DNA from: Gemmatimonadota bacterium
GTDB lineage: Bacteria > Gemmatimonadota > Gemmatimonadetes > Gemmatimonadales > Gemmatimonadaceae
Reading direction: 5' to 3'
DNA: 64,000 bases
Assembly (NCBI GenBank): GCA_031372565.1
Contig: JANMLN010000124.1
Location: 15,684 to 79,683 of the forward strand
The notes under the pieces were generated by a model. The model saw only the letters and a list, made by a program, of their open reading frames with translations, was not told where the DNA came from and made no database searches. Positions 46,901 to 55,261 of this stretch are shown here, one piece after another (within the stretch, counting starts at the first letter, position 1; each line of letters opens with the position of its first letter). The translations under genes and the position numbers were made by a program.

Positions 46901-47141
46901 GGACGTAGTCGACCCCCTGGATGCTCTGGATCGCTTCCTCGATCGGCTCGAGGATCTCGCGTTCCACCTGATCGGGGGAGGCGCCAGGATAGATGATCGT
47001 CGTCGCCACGATCGGCGGCTGGACCTCCGGGAACTCGTCGGTCTTCAACCGCAACAGGGCGAACAGGCCGAACACCACCAGCCCCAACATCGAGACCACG
47101 GTGATGAGCGGTCGCTTGATCGCGAAATCCGAGATGAACAT
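43995..47141 (-). CDS. RND efflux transporter permease (AcrB/AcrD/AcrF family)
   Basis: MFISDFAIKRP, GILIDDAIVVRENI, KNAILLVDF, RLRPILMTT. Confidence 0.96.
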   Translation of the reverse strand: MFISDFAIKRPLITVVSMLGLVVFGLFALLRLKTDEFPEVQPPIVATTIIYPGASPDQVEREILEPIEEAIQSIQGVDYVQGEARDGFAQITTFFLFQKPIQEAQQDIRDAISLKRQELPQEMEEPILKKISDTDRPVLSLTLSSTSLTPAQLTRLADPGITREFRSLAGVADVAVVGSIKRELTVEIHPQALLANGVGVSQVVQALQTQNLAAPVGRIEGPLEERSIRLQGRLLDPQEFANLVVTTRNGIPIRLGQLATVRDGTEEPRTLALYNGVEAVGIDIKKGKEASTTDLSMRLNKRIDEIKKRLPAGVKVDIVRDAGKRVDASVRNVQETLLEGALLTVLVVFIFLNSWRSTVITGLALPVSVLASFVAVWLFGFTLNTMSLLGLSLAIGILIDDAIVVRENIVRHVEMGKDHYTAAREGTDEIGLAVAATTFSIVAVFVPIAFISGVGGQWFKPFALTIACSVLVSLFVSFSLDPMLSAYWPDPHVPEEKKRWITKRLDQFNNWFNRLAERYRLVIAWALDHRLAMVALAVGSFVIAIAIPATGLVGAGFVPEDDRSEFNIAVETPPGSTMSYTRLKAEEAARIARAHPEVIYTYTTIGGASGAVDMANVFVKTTPKGERTLSVIQLAGQLREEVKQVGGATVAVFATDFGGGRKQIQLELRGDNLADLQSYAQQVLQAVKETPGAVDAGLSSKGQKPELDVQINRGLAGSLGVSVGAVAQSLRPAFAGIKTGDWVDPSGETREVRVRLDPESRRRGTDLEQLPLVIGAPGGAPTTLPLGQIASVKQTLGPAVISHLDREKVVIVQANTAGKALTNVLVDINQRMAKLQKPASVRISQGGEAKQQAEVFTSILSALGVAVMLMYFILVVQFGSFLDPLAILISLPLSLIGVMLALMVTGATINIMSMIGVILLAGIVAKNAILLVDFAKWAREKQGLPLREALIEAGAIRLRPILMTTFALIAGMIPVALGSGEGSQFRAPLGIAVIGGTITSTVLTLIVIPTFYEIMDEMRAGLARRFGMKVAQATGEHRVPALQPVAGD

Positions 47142-47154
47142 GACCCGTGCCCCC

Positions 47155-48312
47155 TTAGTTGCGCTTGGTCGGTGCGGCCTTGTCGCCCGTTTCGGCGACC
47201 TTGACCGCGGATCCGACGCTGATGCCCTGCGCGGCGCCGACGAGCAGCGTGTCCCCCACGCTCACGCCGGCGCGCACTTCGTACCGCTCCGTCACCTTGT
47301 CGTGCAGCCCGAGCTCCACCGTGACCTGCTCGACCTTGCCCCCCTTCACGCGCATCACCAGCGGCGCAACGCCGCGCTGATCGATCGCGTTGGCCGGCAC
47401 GAGCAGCCCGGCGCGCGACGCGCTCGCGATGCGCCCTTCCGCGAACAGCCCACCCACGAGGGGCGCGCTCCCCGCCTTGGCCGTGTTGGGAATGGCCGCA
47501 TACACCCGCACCTGCCGCGTCACGGGATCGGCGGACGGGTTCACGCGGGTGATCCGCCCGACGAAGCGCCGACCACCGTAACCGTTGACGACGAAGCGAA
47601 CCACCGCGCCGATGCGCACCTGCCCGAGCTGCTCCGCCGGCACCGCCGCCTCGAGCCGCATGCTCGTCGGATCGATGATCGTGAACATCGCCGCACCGGG
47701 TGCGACCACGTCGCCCGCCGAGACGACCCGCTCGCTCACCACGCCGGCAAAGGGGGCGACCAGCTTCGCGCGACTCAGATTCTCCTCGTTGGTCGCGTAC
47801 CGCGACTTGGCGTCATCGAGCGCCGCCTTCGCGCCGAGGTCACCCCGCGTGGCGCTCTCCTCATCGCGCTCGGAAATCGCCCCTTCCTTGAGCAGCCGCT
47901 TGGCACGCTCGAGTTCGCGCGCGGCCTGATCGGCCGAGTTCTGCGCGTTGGTGAGCTGCGCCTTGGCGGCGAGGTAGGCGTCCTTGAAGACGCGATCATC
48001 CACTTGCGCCAGCGGCGCGCCGGCCGCCACGTATTCGCCTTGCTCGACGAAGGTGCGGAGCACCGAGCCACCCACCTGCGCGCGGATCTTCGCTTCACGC
48101 TCGGGAATGATCGTCCCCTGCACGGTGGGGCCGCTCTCGATCGAATCCATGGCGACCACGGCAATGGCCTCGGGACCAACGACGATGCCGTCGGTGTTCT
48201 TGGCTGCGGCGGCGGCGGGGCCCTTGCTGCAGGCCGCAGCAAGCAGGAGCGCCGACGAGGCGAGGAGGGCGCTGGCGAGCGGCCGTGTACGACGTGTACG
48301 AATGGTCTTCAT
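47155..48312 (-). CDS. RND periplasmic adaptor (membrane fusion lipoprotein)
   Basis: Lipobox LAAAC, lipoyl halves, APFAGVV, DPVTR. Confidence 0.93.
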   Translation of the reverse strand: MKTIRTRRTRPLASALLASSALLLAAACSKGPAAAAAKNTDGIVVGPEAIAVVAMDSIESGPTVQGTIIPEREAKIRAQVGGSVLRTFVEQGEYVAAGAPLAQVDDRVFKDAYLAAKAQLTNAQNSADQAARELERAKRLLKEGAISERDEESATRGDLGAKAALDDAKSRYATNEENLSRAKLVAPFAGVVSERVVSAGDVVAPGAAMFTIIDPTSMRLEAAVPAEQLGQVRIGAVVRFVVNGYGGRRFVGRITRVNPSADPVTRQVRVYAAIPNTAKAGSAPLVGGLFAEGRIASASRAGLLVPANAIDQRGVAPLVMRVKGGKVEQVTVELGLHDKVTERYEVRAGVSVGDTLLVGAAQGISVGSAVKVAETGDKAAPTKRN

Positions 48313-49952
48313 GGAGTCGCGCCTCCAGTGGCGCCCGGCTGGCCCGCCGTCGCCGCACCCGCGGCGCCTGGCTGGCCTTGTGTGAATGAAGGGGCTCCCG
48401 AGGACGCACCGCCGCCCTGGGAGATCGAACCGGTGTTCACCGTGCCGGCCCCGATGGGCAGGTCCGGCAGGAGTGCGACTCGCAGCTGCGCGACCTGCAG
48501 GTTGCGCGCCGCGTTCGCGCGGTTGGCCAGCGATTGCTGCTGCAGGATGCGCGAATCATTGAGTTCGATCTGCGTCGAGATCCCTTCGCGATAGCGCACC
48601 TCGGCAATGCGGTACGCCCGCGCCGCCTGCTCCGACGTGCCCGCGCTCGCGCGCCACGCCGCCTCGGCCTGTTGCAGCTGCGTGAACGCCTGTCGCGCAT
48701 CGAGCGCCGCGCCCTGCTTGGCCTGGTCGAGGCGCGCGGTGGCTTCGGCCAGGTTGGCCCGCGCCACCATCTCGTCGCCCGTGATCTTCCCACCCGTGAA
48801 GAGCGGGATCGACGCCGAGAGGGAGACCGTCCAGTTGGTCAGGAACGAGTCGAACTTCGGAAGCTGAAAGTCCTGCTGGCCAAAGGCGACCTTGGCGTAG
48901 TTCGAGGAGAGCACCACGTTCGGCAGCCGCTGCGAGCGCGCGATGGTGAACTGCTGCTCCTGCAACTGCAGCGCTTCGGTCGCCTGACGGACCAGCACCC
49001 GCTGCGCCGCCGTCGTGTCGACCGCCGTGGCGCCCAGCAACTTGAGCAGGGGCTGCGCGGCGGTCGCGTCTTCCTCACCTGAAGGCAGCACGAGATCGAG
49101 CGAGTCGGCGGGGCCGAGGTTGAGCACCTGCTTGAGTCGGAGACGCGCCAATTCACGCTCGGCGCGGCGCTGGATGAGGATCGGGCGCTGGTTGTCGCGC
49201 GTGACCTGCGCGCGCAACAGCTCGAACTCGGCCGTCGTCCCCACGTTCTTGGCCAGCTGCACCTGCCGCGCCACGTTCTCGGTCTGCACGAACGACGATT
49301 CCGCGATCACCAACAACCGTTCGGCGAGCACGGCGTCGAGAAAGGCTTGCGACACGTTGAGTGCGAGCTGGGCCCGCTGGCTCCGCAGTTCGAGGTCCGC
49401 GGTGCGCAGGCCGGCGGCAGCGAGGCGGTTCTGCGCCTGGACGCGTCCGCCCGTGTAGAGGTTGAGCGATGCCGCGAAGCCGAGCTGATACTGGTTGGCC
49501 GCACCGAAACCGGCACGGCTGAAGTCGATGCCGCCACCGCCGCGACAGTTGGTGCTGTTGGCCAGCGCGTTCTCGAGCGAGTCGAGGCGTGACGTAGTGC
49601 CGGACCCGGTGACGGGAGTGAAGACGCGGCACAGCGCGCGCGTGTCTGGCGGGCCGGCCAGCGCACTGAACTGCGTGGCGAGCGTCTTGGTGTAGAGCAG
49701 CTGCGCATTGACCTGCGGCAGGTACTGGCTACGCGCCTGCCACTCTTGTCCGTGCGCGCGATCGACGCCAGCGCGCGCGATCTGCACGGCCTGGTTGCGC
49801 TGCTCGGCGAGCTGATAGGCCGCCGAGAGCGTGAGGGAGCGCGGCGCGGCGGCGGCAGGCGACGTCGACTGCTGCGCGGTGACGGGATGGGCTGCTGCCA
49901 CGACGGTGGCGGCGAGGGCGAGTGATCGGTACCACATGGAAGTCGGAGGCAT
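48309..49952 (-). CDS. TolC family outer-membrane efflux protein
   Basis: Signal peptide; SQYLP, LYTGG, SIPLFTGG, RYREG.ST..E repeats. Confidence 0.92.
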   Translation of the reverse strand: MPPTSMWYRSLALAATVVAAAHPVTAQQSTSPAAAAPRSLTLSAAYQLAEQRNQAVQIARAGVDRAHGQEWQARSQYLPQVNAQLLYTKTLATQFSALAGPPDTRALCRVFTPVTGSGTTSRLDSLENALANSTNCRGGGGIDFSRAGFGAANQYQLGFAASLNLYTGGRVQAQNRLAAAGLRTADLELRSQRAQLALNVSQAFLDAVLAERLLVIAESSFVQTENVARQVQLAKNVGTTAEFELLRAQVTRDNQRPILIQRRAERELARLRLKQVLNLGPADSLDLVLPSGEEDATAAQPLLKLLGATAVDTTAAQRVLVRQATEALQLQEQQFTIARSQRLPNVVLSSNYAKVAFGQQDFQLPKFDSFLTNWTVSLSASIPLFTGGKITGDEMVARANLAEATARLDQAKQGAALDARQAFTQLQQAEAAWRASAGTSEQAARAYRIAEVRYREGISTQIELNDSRILQQQSLANRANAARNLQVAQLRVALLPDLPIGAGTVNTGSISQGGGASSGAPSFTQGQPGAAGAATAGQPGATGGATP

Positions 49953-50572
49953 CAGGAAGCGGACATCGCGCGCACGCCGGCGGCGCGCTTGGGCGCGCGG
50001 GCCGGTGCGGAGATACCAAGCGCACGGGCGATGACGCGCACGTACTGCTCGGCCGCGGAACTGGCGGGGGGATAGATGGAGGGCATCATGTCGCGGCCCA
50101 TGGCGTCGCCGAACAGGGACGACATGAGCATCGTGGCGGCGACGATGAGATCGGCGCCGGGCGCGGCGAGACCGGCGGCCCGCACGCGCGTGAGGTAGTC
50201 GCGGAGCTCGTGGTGGGCCCAGGTCGGCCCTTCACACGCGGCCCCGCTCATCTCGGGTCGTTCTTCCATCTCGCTCATGCACTTGCGGATCATCGAGCGA
50301 TTGCGGCGCATGTGCGCATGGATGGCCGCGGCCCACGCGGTGAGCTCGGCCAAGGGGTCGGCAGGCTGCGCCGGGAGATGCGCGATGTCGTCACGGCCCG
50401 TGCGATCGCGGATCGCGGCATCGATGAGGGCCGCCTTCGACCCGAAGGTGCGAAAGAGGGTGACCTCGTTGACGCCGGCGGCTTCGGCAATGCGCTTGGT
50501 CGTCGCGCCCCGGAACCCATGGGCTCCGTAGACGCGGACCGCGGCTTCGAGAATGCGTGCGCGCAAGGGCAT
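49952..50572 (-). CDS. TetR/AcrR family regulator
   Basis: RILEAA...GFRGATTKRIAEAAGVNEVTLFRTFGSK. Confidence 0.93.
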   Translation of the reverse strand: MPLRARILEAAVRVYGAHGFRGATTKRIAEAAGVNEVTLFRTFGSKAALIDAAIRDRTGRDDIAHLPAQPADPLAELTAWAAAIHAHMRRNRSMIRKCMSEMEERPEMSGAACEGPTWAHHELRDYLTRVRAAGLAAPGADLIVAATMLMSSLFGDAMGRDMMPSIYPPASSAAEQYVRVIARALGISAPARAPKRAAGVRAMSAS

Positions 50573-50608
50573 CCCGTGCAGTGAGGGAAAAGAAGTAATG
50601 AAGTGCCG

Positions 50609-50659
50609 TGCAAGCAAGTATTTACTTGCATTCGCATCGGAACGCAAGCATGTGCTTGC
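50609..50659. promoter_or_regulatory. Two related palindromes, putative TetR operators
   Basis: TGCAAGCAAGTATTTACTTGCA (50609-50630) and GCAAGCATGTGCTTGC (50644-50659) in the divergent tetR/P450 promoter region. Confidence 0.65.
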
Positions 50660-50722
50660 ACCCAGCCTCACGTACGCGCGTGCGTCCGGCGAAGTTTCCA
50701 CGACCCTTGTCACGGATTTTCC

Positions 50723-52099
50723 ATGGCCACCGCCGTCACGCCGTCGTCGTCGTCGTCTTCGTCGGGCCTCCCGCCGGGCCCTAAACGGCAGTTCCCTGGC
50801 CAGATGCTGCTGCGGCTCCGGAAGGACGGACTGCTGCAGGTCATGAACGAGATGGCGCAGGCGCATGGGGACATCGTGCACTTCACGCTGCCCGGTGAGC
50901 ACATGGCGCTCCTGAGCCATCCCGATGACATCCGGGACATGCTCGTGACGCACCAGAAGCAGTTCAAGAAGGGGCGCGGCCTCGAGCGCACCGAGATGCT
51001 GCTGGGCAAGGGGCTGCTCACCAGTGAGGGGGAGTTCCATCTCAGGCAACGGCGACTCGCCTCGCCGGCCTTTCACCGGCAGCGCATCGGCGGCTACGGC
51101 GAGGTCATGACCGGGTACGCCCACCGCCACGCCGATGGATGGCGCGATGGCGAGATGCGCGACATGAGCGCCGACATGATGCGCCTGACGCTGGCCATCG
51201 CCGGCAAGACGCTGTTCGATGCCGACGTCGAGTCCGAAGCCGCCGAGGTGGGGCAAGCGCTCACGGACGTGTTCGAGGCATGGAGCATCGCGCTGCTCCC
51301 GTTTGGCGAGTTCCTCGTGAAGCTGCCGATTCCGGCGGCGCGCCGCTTTCGAGTGGGCAAGGCGAAGCTGGATGCCATCATCTACGGCATGATTGCCGAC
51401 CGGCGCGCCTCGGGGCGCGACCATGGCGATCTCCTCTCGATGCTGATGGCCGCGGCGGACACCGAAGGGGACGGCACCGGCATGACCGATGAGCAGCTGC
51501 GCGACGAGTGCCTGACGATCTTCCTCGCCGGACACGAGACCACCGCCAACGCGCTCACCTGGACCTGGTACCTGCTCTCGGAGCATCCCGAGATCGAGGC
51601 GCGGCTGCACGAAGAAGTCGACCGCGTGCTCGGCGACCGCCGCGCGACCCATGACGACTTGCCGCAGTTGCCGTTCACGCGCATGGTGCTCGCCGAGTCG
51701 ATGAGACTGTACCCGCCGGCCTACGGGCTGGGCCGACGCGCGCTCGTGCCGTACGACGTGGGCGGCTACCGGCTCCCGGCGCGCACGGTCGTGCTCGCCT
51801 CGCAGTACTACGTGCATCGCGACCCGCGCTGGTGGAGCGAGCCCGAGCGGTTCAATCCCGACCGCTGGCGCGAGGGGAGCGGCGAGCCGCGCCACAAGCA
51901 TGCCTACTTCCCGTTCGGGGCCGGCACGCGCGTGTGCGTCGGCGAACAGTTCGCGTGGATGGAGGGGATCCTGGTGATCGCCGAGCTCGCGCGGCGGTGG
52001 CGGTTCCGGCACGATCCGACGCACCATGTCGGACTCGCACCCGTGATCACGCTCCGCCCATCCCACGGCATGCGCATGCGCTTCGAGCGCCGCCGTTAG
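50723..52099 (+). CDS. Cytochrome P450
   Basis: AGHETT I-helix, ESMR (ExxR), PERF, FPFGAGTRVCVG heme Cys. Confidence 0.96.
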   Translation: MATAVTPSSSSSSSGLPPGPKRQFPGQMLLRLRKDGLLQVMNEMAQAHGDIVHFTLPGEHMALLSHPDDIRDMLVTHQKQFKKGRGLERTEMLLGKGLLTSEGEFHLRQRRLASPAFHRQRIGGYGEVMTGYAHRHADGWRDGEMRDMSADMMRLTLAIAGKTLFDADVESEAAEVGQALTDVFEAWSIALLPFGEFLVKLPIPAARRFRVGKAKLDAIIYGMIADRRASGRDHGDLLSMLMAAADTEGDGTGMTDEQLRDECLTIFLAGHETTANALTWTWYLLSEHPEIEARLHEEVDRVLGDRRATHDDLPQLPFTRMVLAESMRLYPPAYGLGRRALVPYDVGGYRLPARTVVLASQYYVHRDPRWWSEPERFNPDRWREGSGEPRHKHAYFPFGAGTRVCVGEQFAWMEGILVIAELARRWRFRHDPTHHVGLAPVITLRPSHGMRMRFERRR

Positions 52100-52109
52100 C
52101 TTGGGCGCC

Positions 52110-55100
52110 ATGTCCTGGATTCTCTACGCGGTCTTCGTGCTCTCGGGGGCCGCCGGCCTCATCTACGAAACAGTCTGGAGCCGCTACCTCGGACTCTTCG
52201 TCGGGCACAGCGCCTACGCGCACGTCATCGTGCTGGTGATGTTCCTGGGCGGCATGTCGCTCGGTGCGTACACCATCGGCGAGCGGTCGTCGCGGCTGGC
52301 GCGTCCGTTGCGCTGGTACGTCGGCATCGAGATCGTGGTCGGCGTGATCGGGATCGTCTTCCACGACGTGTTCGTCGCGGTCACCGCCATCGCCTACGAC
52401 GCGATCTTCCCCGCGCTGGGCGCCGGTCTCCTGCTCACGATCATCAAGTGGGGCCTGGCCGCGCTGCTCATCCTGCCACAGTCCGTGCTCCTCGGGATGA
52501 CCTTCCCGTTGATGAGCGCGGGAGTCCTGCGGACCCTGCGCGCACCGGCGAGTGCGTCGGGGCGCGTGCTGGCGATGCTCTACTTCACGAACTCCATCGG
52601 CGCCGCTGCCGGTGGGCTTCTGGCCGGGTTCTGGCTGGTGGAACTCGCGGGGTTGCCGGGGACGCTCTACACGGCAGCCGCGCTCAACCTGATCGTGGCC
52701 GCCGTCGTGGTGGGGGTGGAGCAGTTCGGCCAGCGACAGGCCGTGGTCGACACGACCCCCGAAGCGATCGGCGAGCCGACGGCGGCGACCGCGCAGCGCA
52801 CCCGCCTCGAGCGCACCCTGCTCTGGGTGGCCGGTGGAACCGCGGTCGCATCGTTCGTCTACGAGATCGCCTGGATTCGCATGCTGTCGCTCGTGCTGGG
52901 CGCGGCGACGCATTCGTTCGAACTCATGCTCTCGGCCTTCATTACCGGGCTCGCGGCGGGCTCGCTCTGGGCGCGCAAGCGGGCCGACACGTTCGCCGAC
53001 CCGCTCCGTGCCCTCGGCATCGTGCAGGTGGTCATGGGGCTGCTGGCCGTGGCGACGCTGCCCTTGTATCGCGCCAGCTTCCACTGGCAGGCGCAACTGC
53101 TGCTGGCGCTCGACTACAACGAGGCGGCGTACACGATCTTCAGCGTCGCCAAGTACGCCATCTCGCTCATGGTCATGCTGCCGGCGACCTTCTGCGCCGG
53201 CGTCACGCTCCCGCTCATCACGCGCACCTTGCTCGCGGGCGGTGGTGGCGAGCGCGCCATCGGCCGCGTGTACGCGGTCAACACGCTGGGGTCGATCGTC
53301 GGGGCCGCCGCGGCCGCGCTGCTCCTGCTGCCGCTGCTGGGCGTGAAGGGGTTGCTCATCGCGGGCGCGTGTCTCGACATCGTCGTGGGGCTCTGGCTGC
53401 TGGCGGGTGCGGCCGACGCGTGGCGTCCGGTGCGTGCGTGGGCCGGGTGGGCGGCCGTTGCATCGGCGGCGATCATCGCCGTGTCGCTGGCCACCCCGCT
53501 CAACCCGCTCCTGCTCACCAGCGGCGTGTACCGCTATGCCTCCGCGGAAGTCGCGCCAACCTGGCGTTCGATCTTCTATCGGGATGGACGCACGGCCACG
53601 GTGAGCGCCCGCATCGACACGCTGTCGGGCGAGGTGTCGCTGGCCACCAATGGCAAGCCCGATGCCTCGCTCTCGCGGCAGTGGATGCAGCTGGCGGGTC
53701 CGCCGGCGGGCGCCATCACCGGTGATCAGTCGTCGCAGTTCCTCCTGCCGCTCATCACGCTCGCCTACAACCCCAAGGCCAGGCACGCGGCGGCGATCGG
53801 CCAGGGATCGGGGATGTCGTCGCACGTGTTGCTCGGCTCGCCCGTGATCGAGGAGCTGACGACCATCGAGATCGAGCCGCAGATGATCGAAGGGTCGCGC
53901 GTGTTCATGCCGGCCAATCGGCGCGTGTTCGAGGACAAGCGATCGCACTTCCGCATCGACGATGCGCGCTCCGTGTTCGCGTCGGGACACGTCAAGTTCG
54001 ACCTCATCCTCTCGGAGCCCTCGAATCCGTGGGTGAGCGGCGTGGCCGGCTTGTTCACGGACGAGTTCTACCAGCGCGCCAAGTCGGCGCTTGCGCCCGG
54101 CGGCGTCTTCGGGCAGTGGTTGCACCTGTACGAGACGAACGATGTGCTGGTGCTCTCGGTCCTTGCGGCCGTGCACCGCAACTTTCCCACGTACACGCTG
54201 CACCTCGTGTCGCCCTCCGACATGCTGATCGTCGCCACGGCCGACCCCGTGATGCCGAAGGCGGAGTGGTCGATCGTGACACTGCCCATGATCGAGGAGG
54301 AGATGCGGAAGGTCATTCCGCTGACCCCCGATGCGCTCGCGGCCACCTGGCTCGCCGATCGCGATGCGCTGGCCCCGCTGCTCGAGCGGTGGAAGGCGGT
54401 GAACTCGGACTTCTTCCCGTACCTCGATCTCGGCACCGAGCGCGCGCGCTTCCTGCGCGGTGGCGCGGCCGGGTTCTATGGACTCGCGACCGACCGCTTC
54501 TCGATCCTGCATGCGCTGCGCAGCCGCGTGAGCGCGCCCAACTTCGAGTTGCATGCGTCGAACGACATCGGGCGGGTGCAGCAACTGGCCAGCGGCGCGC
54601 GGTTGCGCTCTGCCATCGTCGGGCAGCTGGACCCCCGCGAGCTGAACGCCGACCGCACCACGTCGGCCAACCTGTTCCGGTACCGCCAGCTCGCCCTGCT
54701 GGCGAGTACCGGTACCGCGCCGGGTGACTGGCGCGCCTGGCTGGCGCAGGTGCAGGATGTTGAAGACGTGCTCGATGGCGGCAACGCCGGCGTGATCGAC
54801 AGCGCGTACTTCGCGATGCTCGAAGGGTACCTGCAGCGCGTGAAGGCGCCCGATGGTCCGCGCGTCGCGGTCGCGTACATGAAGGCGTTGAGCCGCTGGG
54901 ACTGGCCGCGCGCTGCGGCGATGTCGGATTCGTTGCTGCTGTTCGAGCGCCGCCGCTCTCCATGGATGGGGGCGGAGATCTTGCGTGCCGGCGGCGTGGT
55001 CGCGCATCTGCAGACGAGCGATCCCGCCGGTGCCCGCCGGTTGTTCGACTTCCTCACGCCAGGGCTGCGCATGCCGCGCAACGATGTACGCACGCTGCTG

Positions 55101-55139
55101 CTGGATGCCTGGATTCGGGCAGCCGAGGAGAAGCGGTAG
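52110..55139 (+). CDS. Fused membrane (MFS-like)/spermidine synthase-like SAM-binding protein
   Basis: LSGAAGLIYE..W.R.L, multiple TM, NGKPDAS, IGQGSG, EIEP, DDAR, SEPSNPW..GVAGLFT.EFY. Confidence 0.88.
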   Translation: MSWILYAVFVLSGAAGLIYETVWSRYLGLFVGHSAYAHVIVLVMFLGGMSLGAYTIGERSSRLARPLRWYVGIEIVVGVIGIVFHDVFVAVTAIAYDAIFPALGAGLLLTIIKWGLAALLILPQSVLLGMTFPLMSAGVLRTLRAPASASGRVLAMLYFTNSIGAAAGGLLAGFWLVELAGLPGTLYTAAALNLIVAAVVVGVEQFGQRQAVVDTTPEAIGEPTAATAQRTRLERTLLWVAGGTAVASFVYEIAWIRMLSLVLGAATHSFELMLSAFITGLAAGSLWARKRADTFADPLRALGIVQVVMGLLAVATLPLYRASFHWQAQLLLALDYNEAAYTIFSVAKYAISLMVMLPATFCAGVTLPLITRTLLAGGGGERAIGRVYAVNTLGSIVGAAAAALLLLPLLGVKGLLIAGACLDIVVGLWLLAGAADAWRPVRAWAGWAAVASAAIIAVSLATPLNPLLLTSGVYRYASAEVAPTWRSIFYRDGRTATVSARIDTLSGEVSLATNGKPDASLSRQWMQLAGPPAGAITGDQSSQFLLPLITLAYNPKARHAAAIGQGSGMSSHVLLGSPVIEELTTIEIEPQMIEGSRVFMPANRRVFEDKRSHFRIDDARSVFASGHVKFDLILSEPSNPWVSGVAGLFTDEFYQRAKSALAPGGVFGQWLHLYETNDVLVLSVLAAVHRNFPTYTLHLVSPSDMLIVATADPVMPKAEWSIVTLPMIEEEMRKVIPLTPDALAATWLADRDALAPLLERWKAVNSDFFPYLDLGTERARFLRGGAAGFYGLATDRFSILHALRSRVSAPNFELHASNDIGRVQQLASGARLRSAIVGQLDPRELNADRTTSANLFRYRQLALLASTGTAPGDWRAWLAQVQDVEDVLDGGNAGVIDSAYFAMLEGYLQRVKAPDGPRVAVAYMKALSRWDWPRAAAMSDSLLLFERRRSPWMGAEILRAGGVVAHLQTSDPAGARRLFDFLTPGLRMPRNDVRTLLLDAWIRAAEEKR

Positions 55140-55146
55140 TCCGCCG

Positions 55147-55228
55147 CTGTCGTCCTGAGCGCCGCGAAGGACCTGCTTCTGCCGTTCACGCTTTACAAGC
55201 TGGTCCTTCGCTTCGCACAGGACGACAG
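55147..55228. repeat. REP-like palindromic element, copy 2
   Basis: CTGTCGTCCTGAGCGCCGCGAAGGACCTGCTT ... AAGCTGGTCCTTCGCTTCGCACAGGACGACAG. Confidence 0.9.
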
Positions 55229-55261
55229 ATTCTCACGCACCCTCCCCACACCGTCTCGTCG

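Noticed and set aside
44733..47204. 823-aa plus-strand ORF
   Set aside because: Antisense shadow of the RND permease
50573..52111. 719-aa TetR fusion
   Set aside because: The extension is antisense to the P450; the HTH begins at ATG 50572
52047..55007. 986-aa minus-strand ORF
   Set aside because: Antisense shadow of the MFS/spermidine-synthase-like gene
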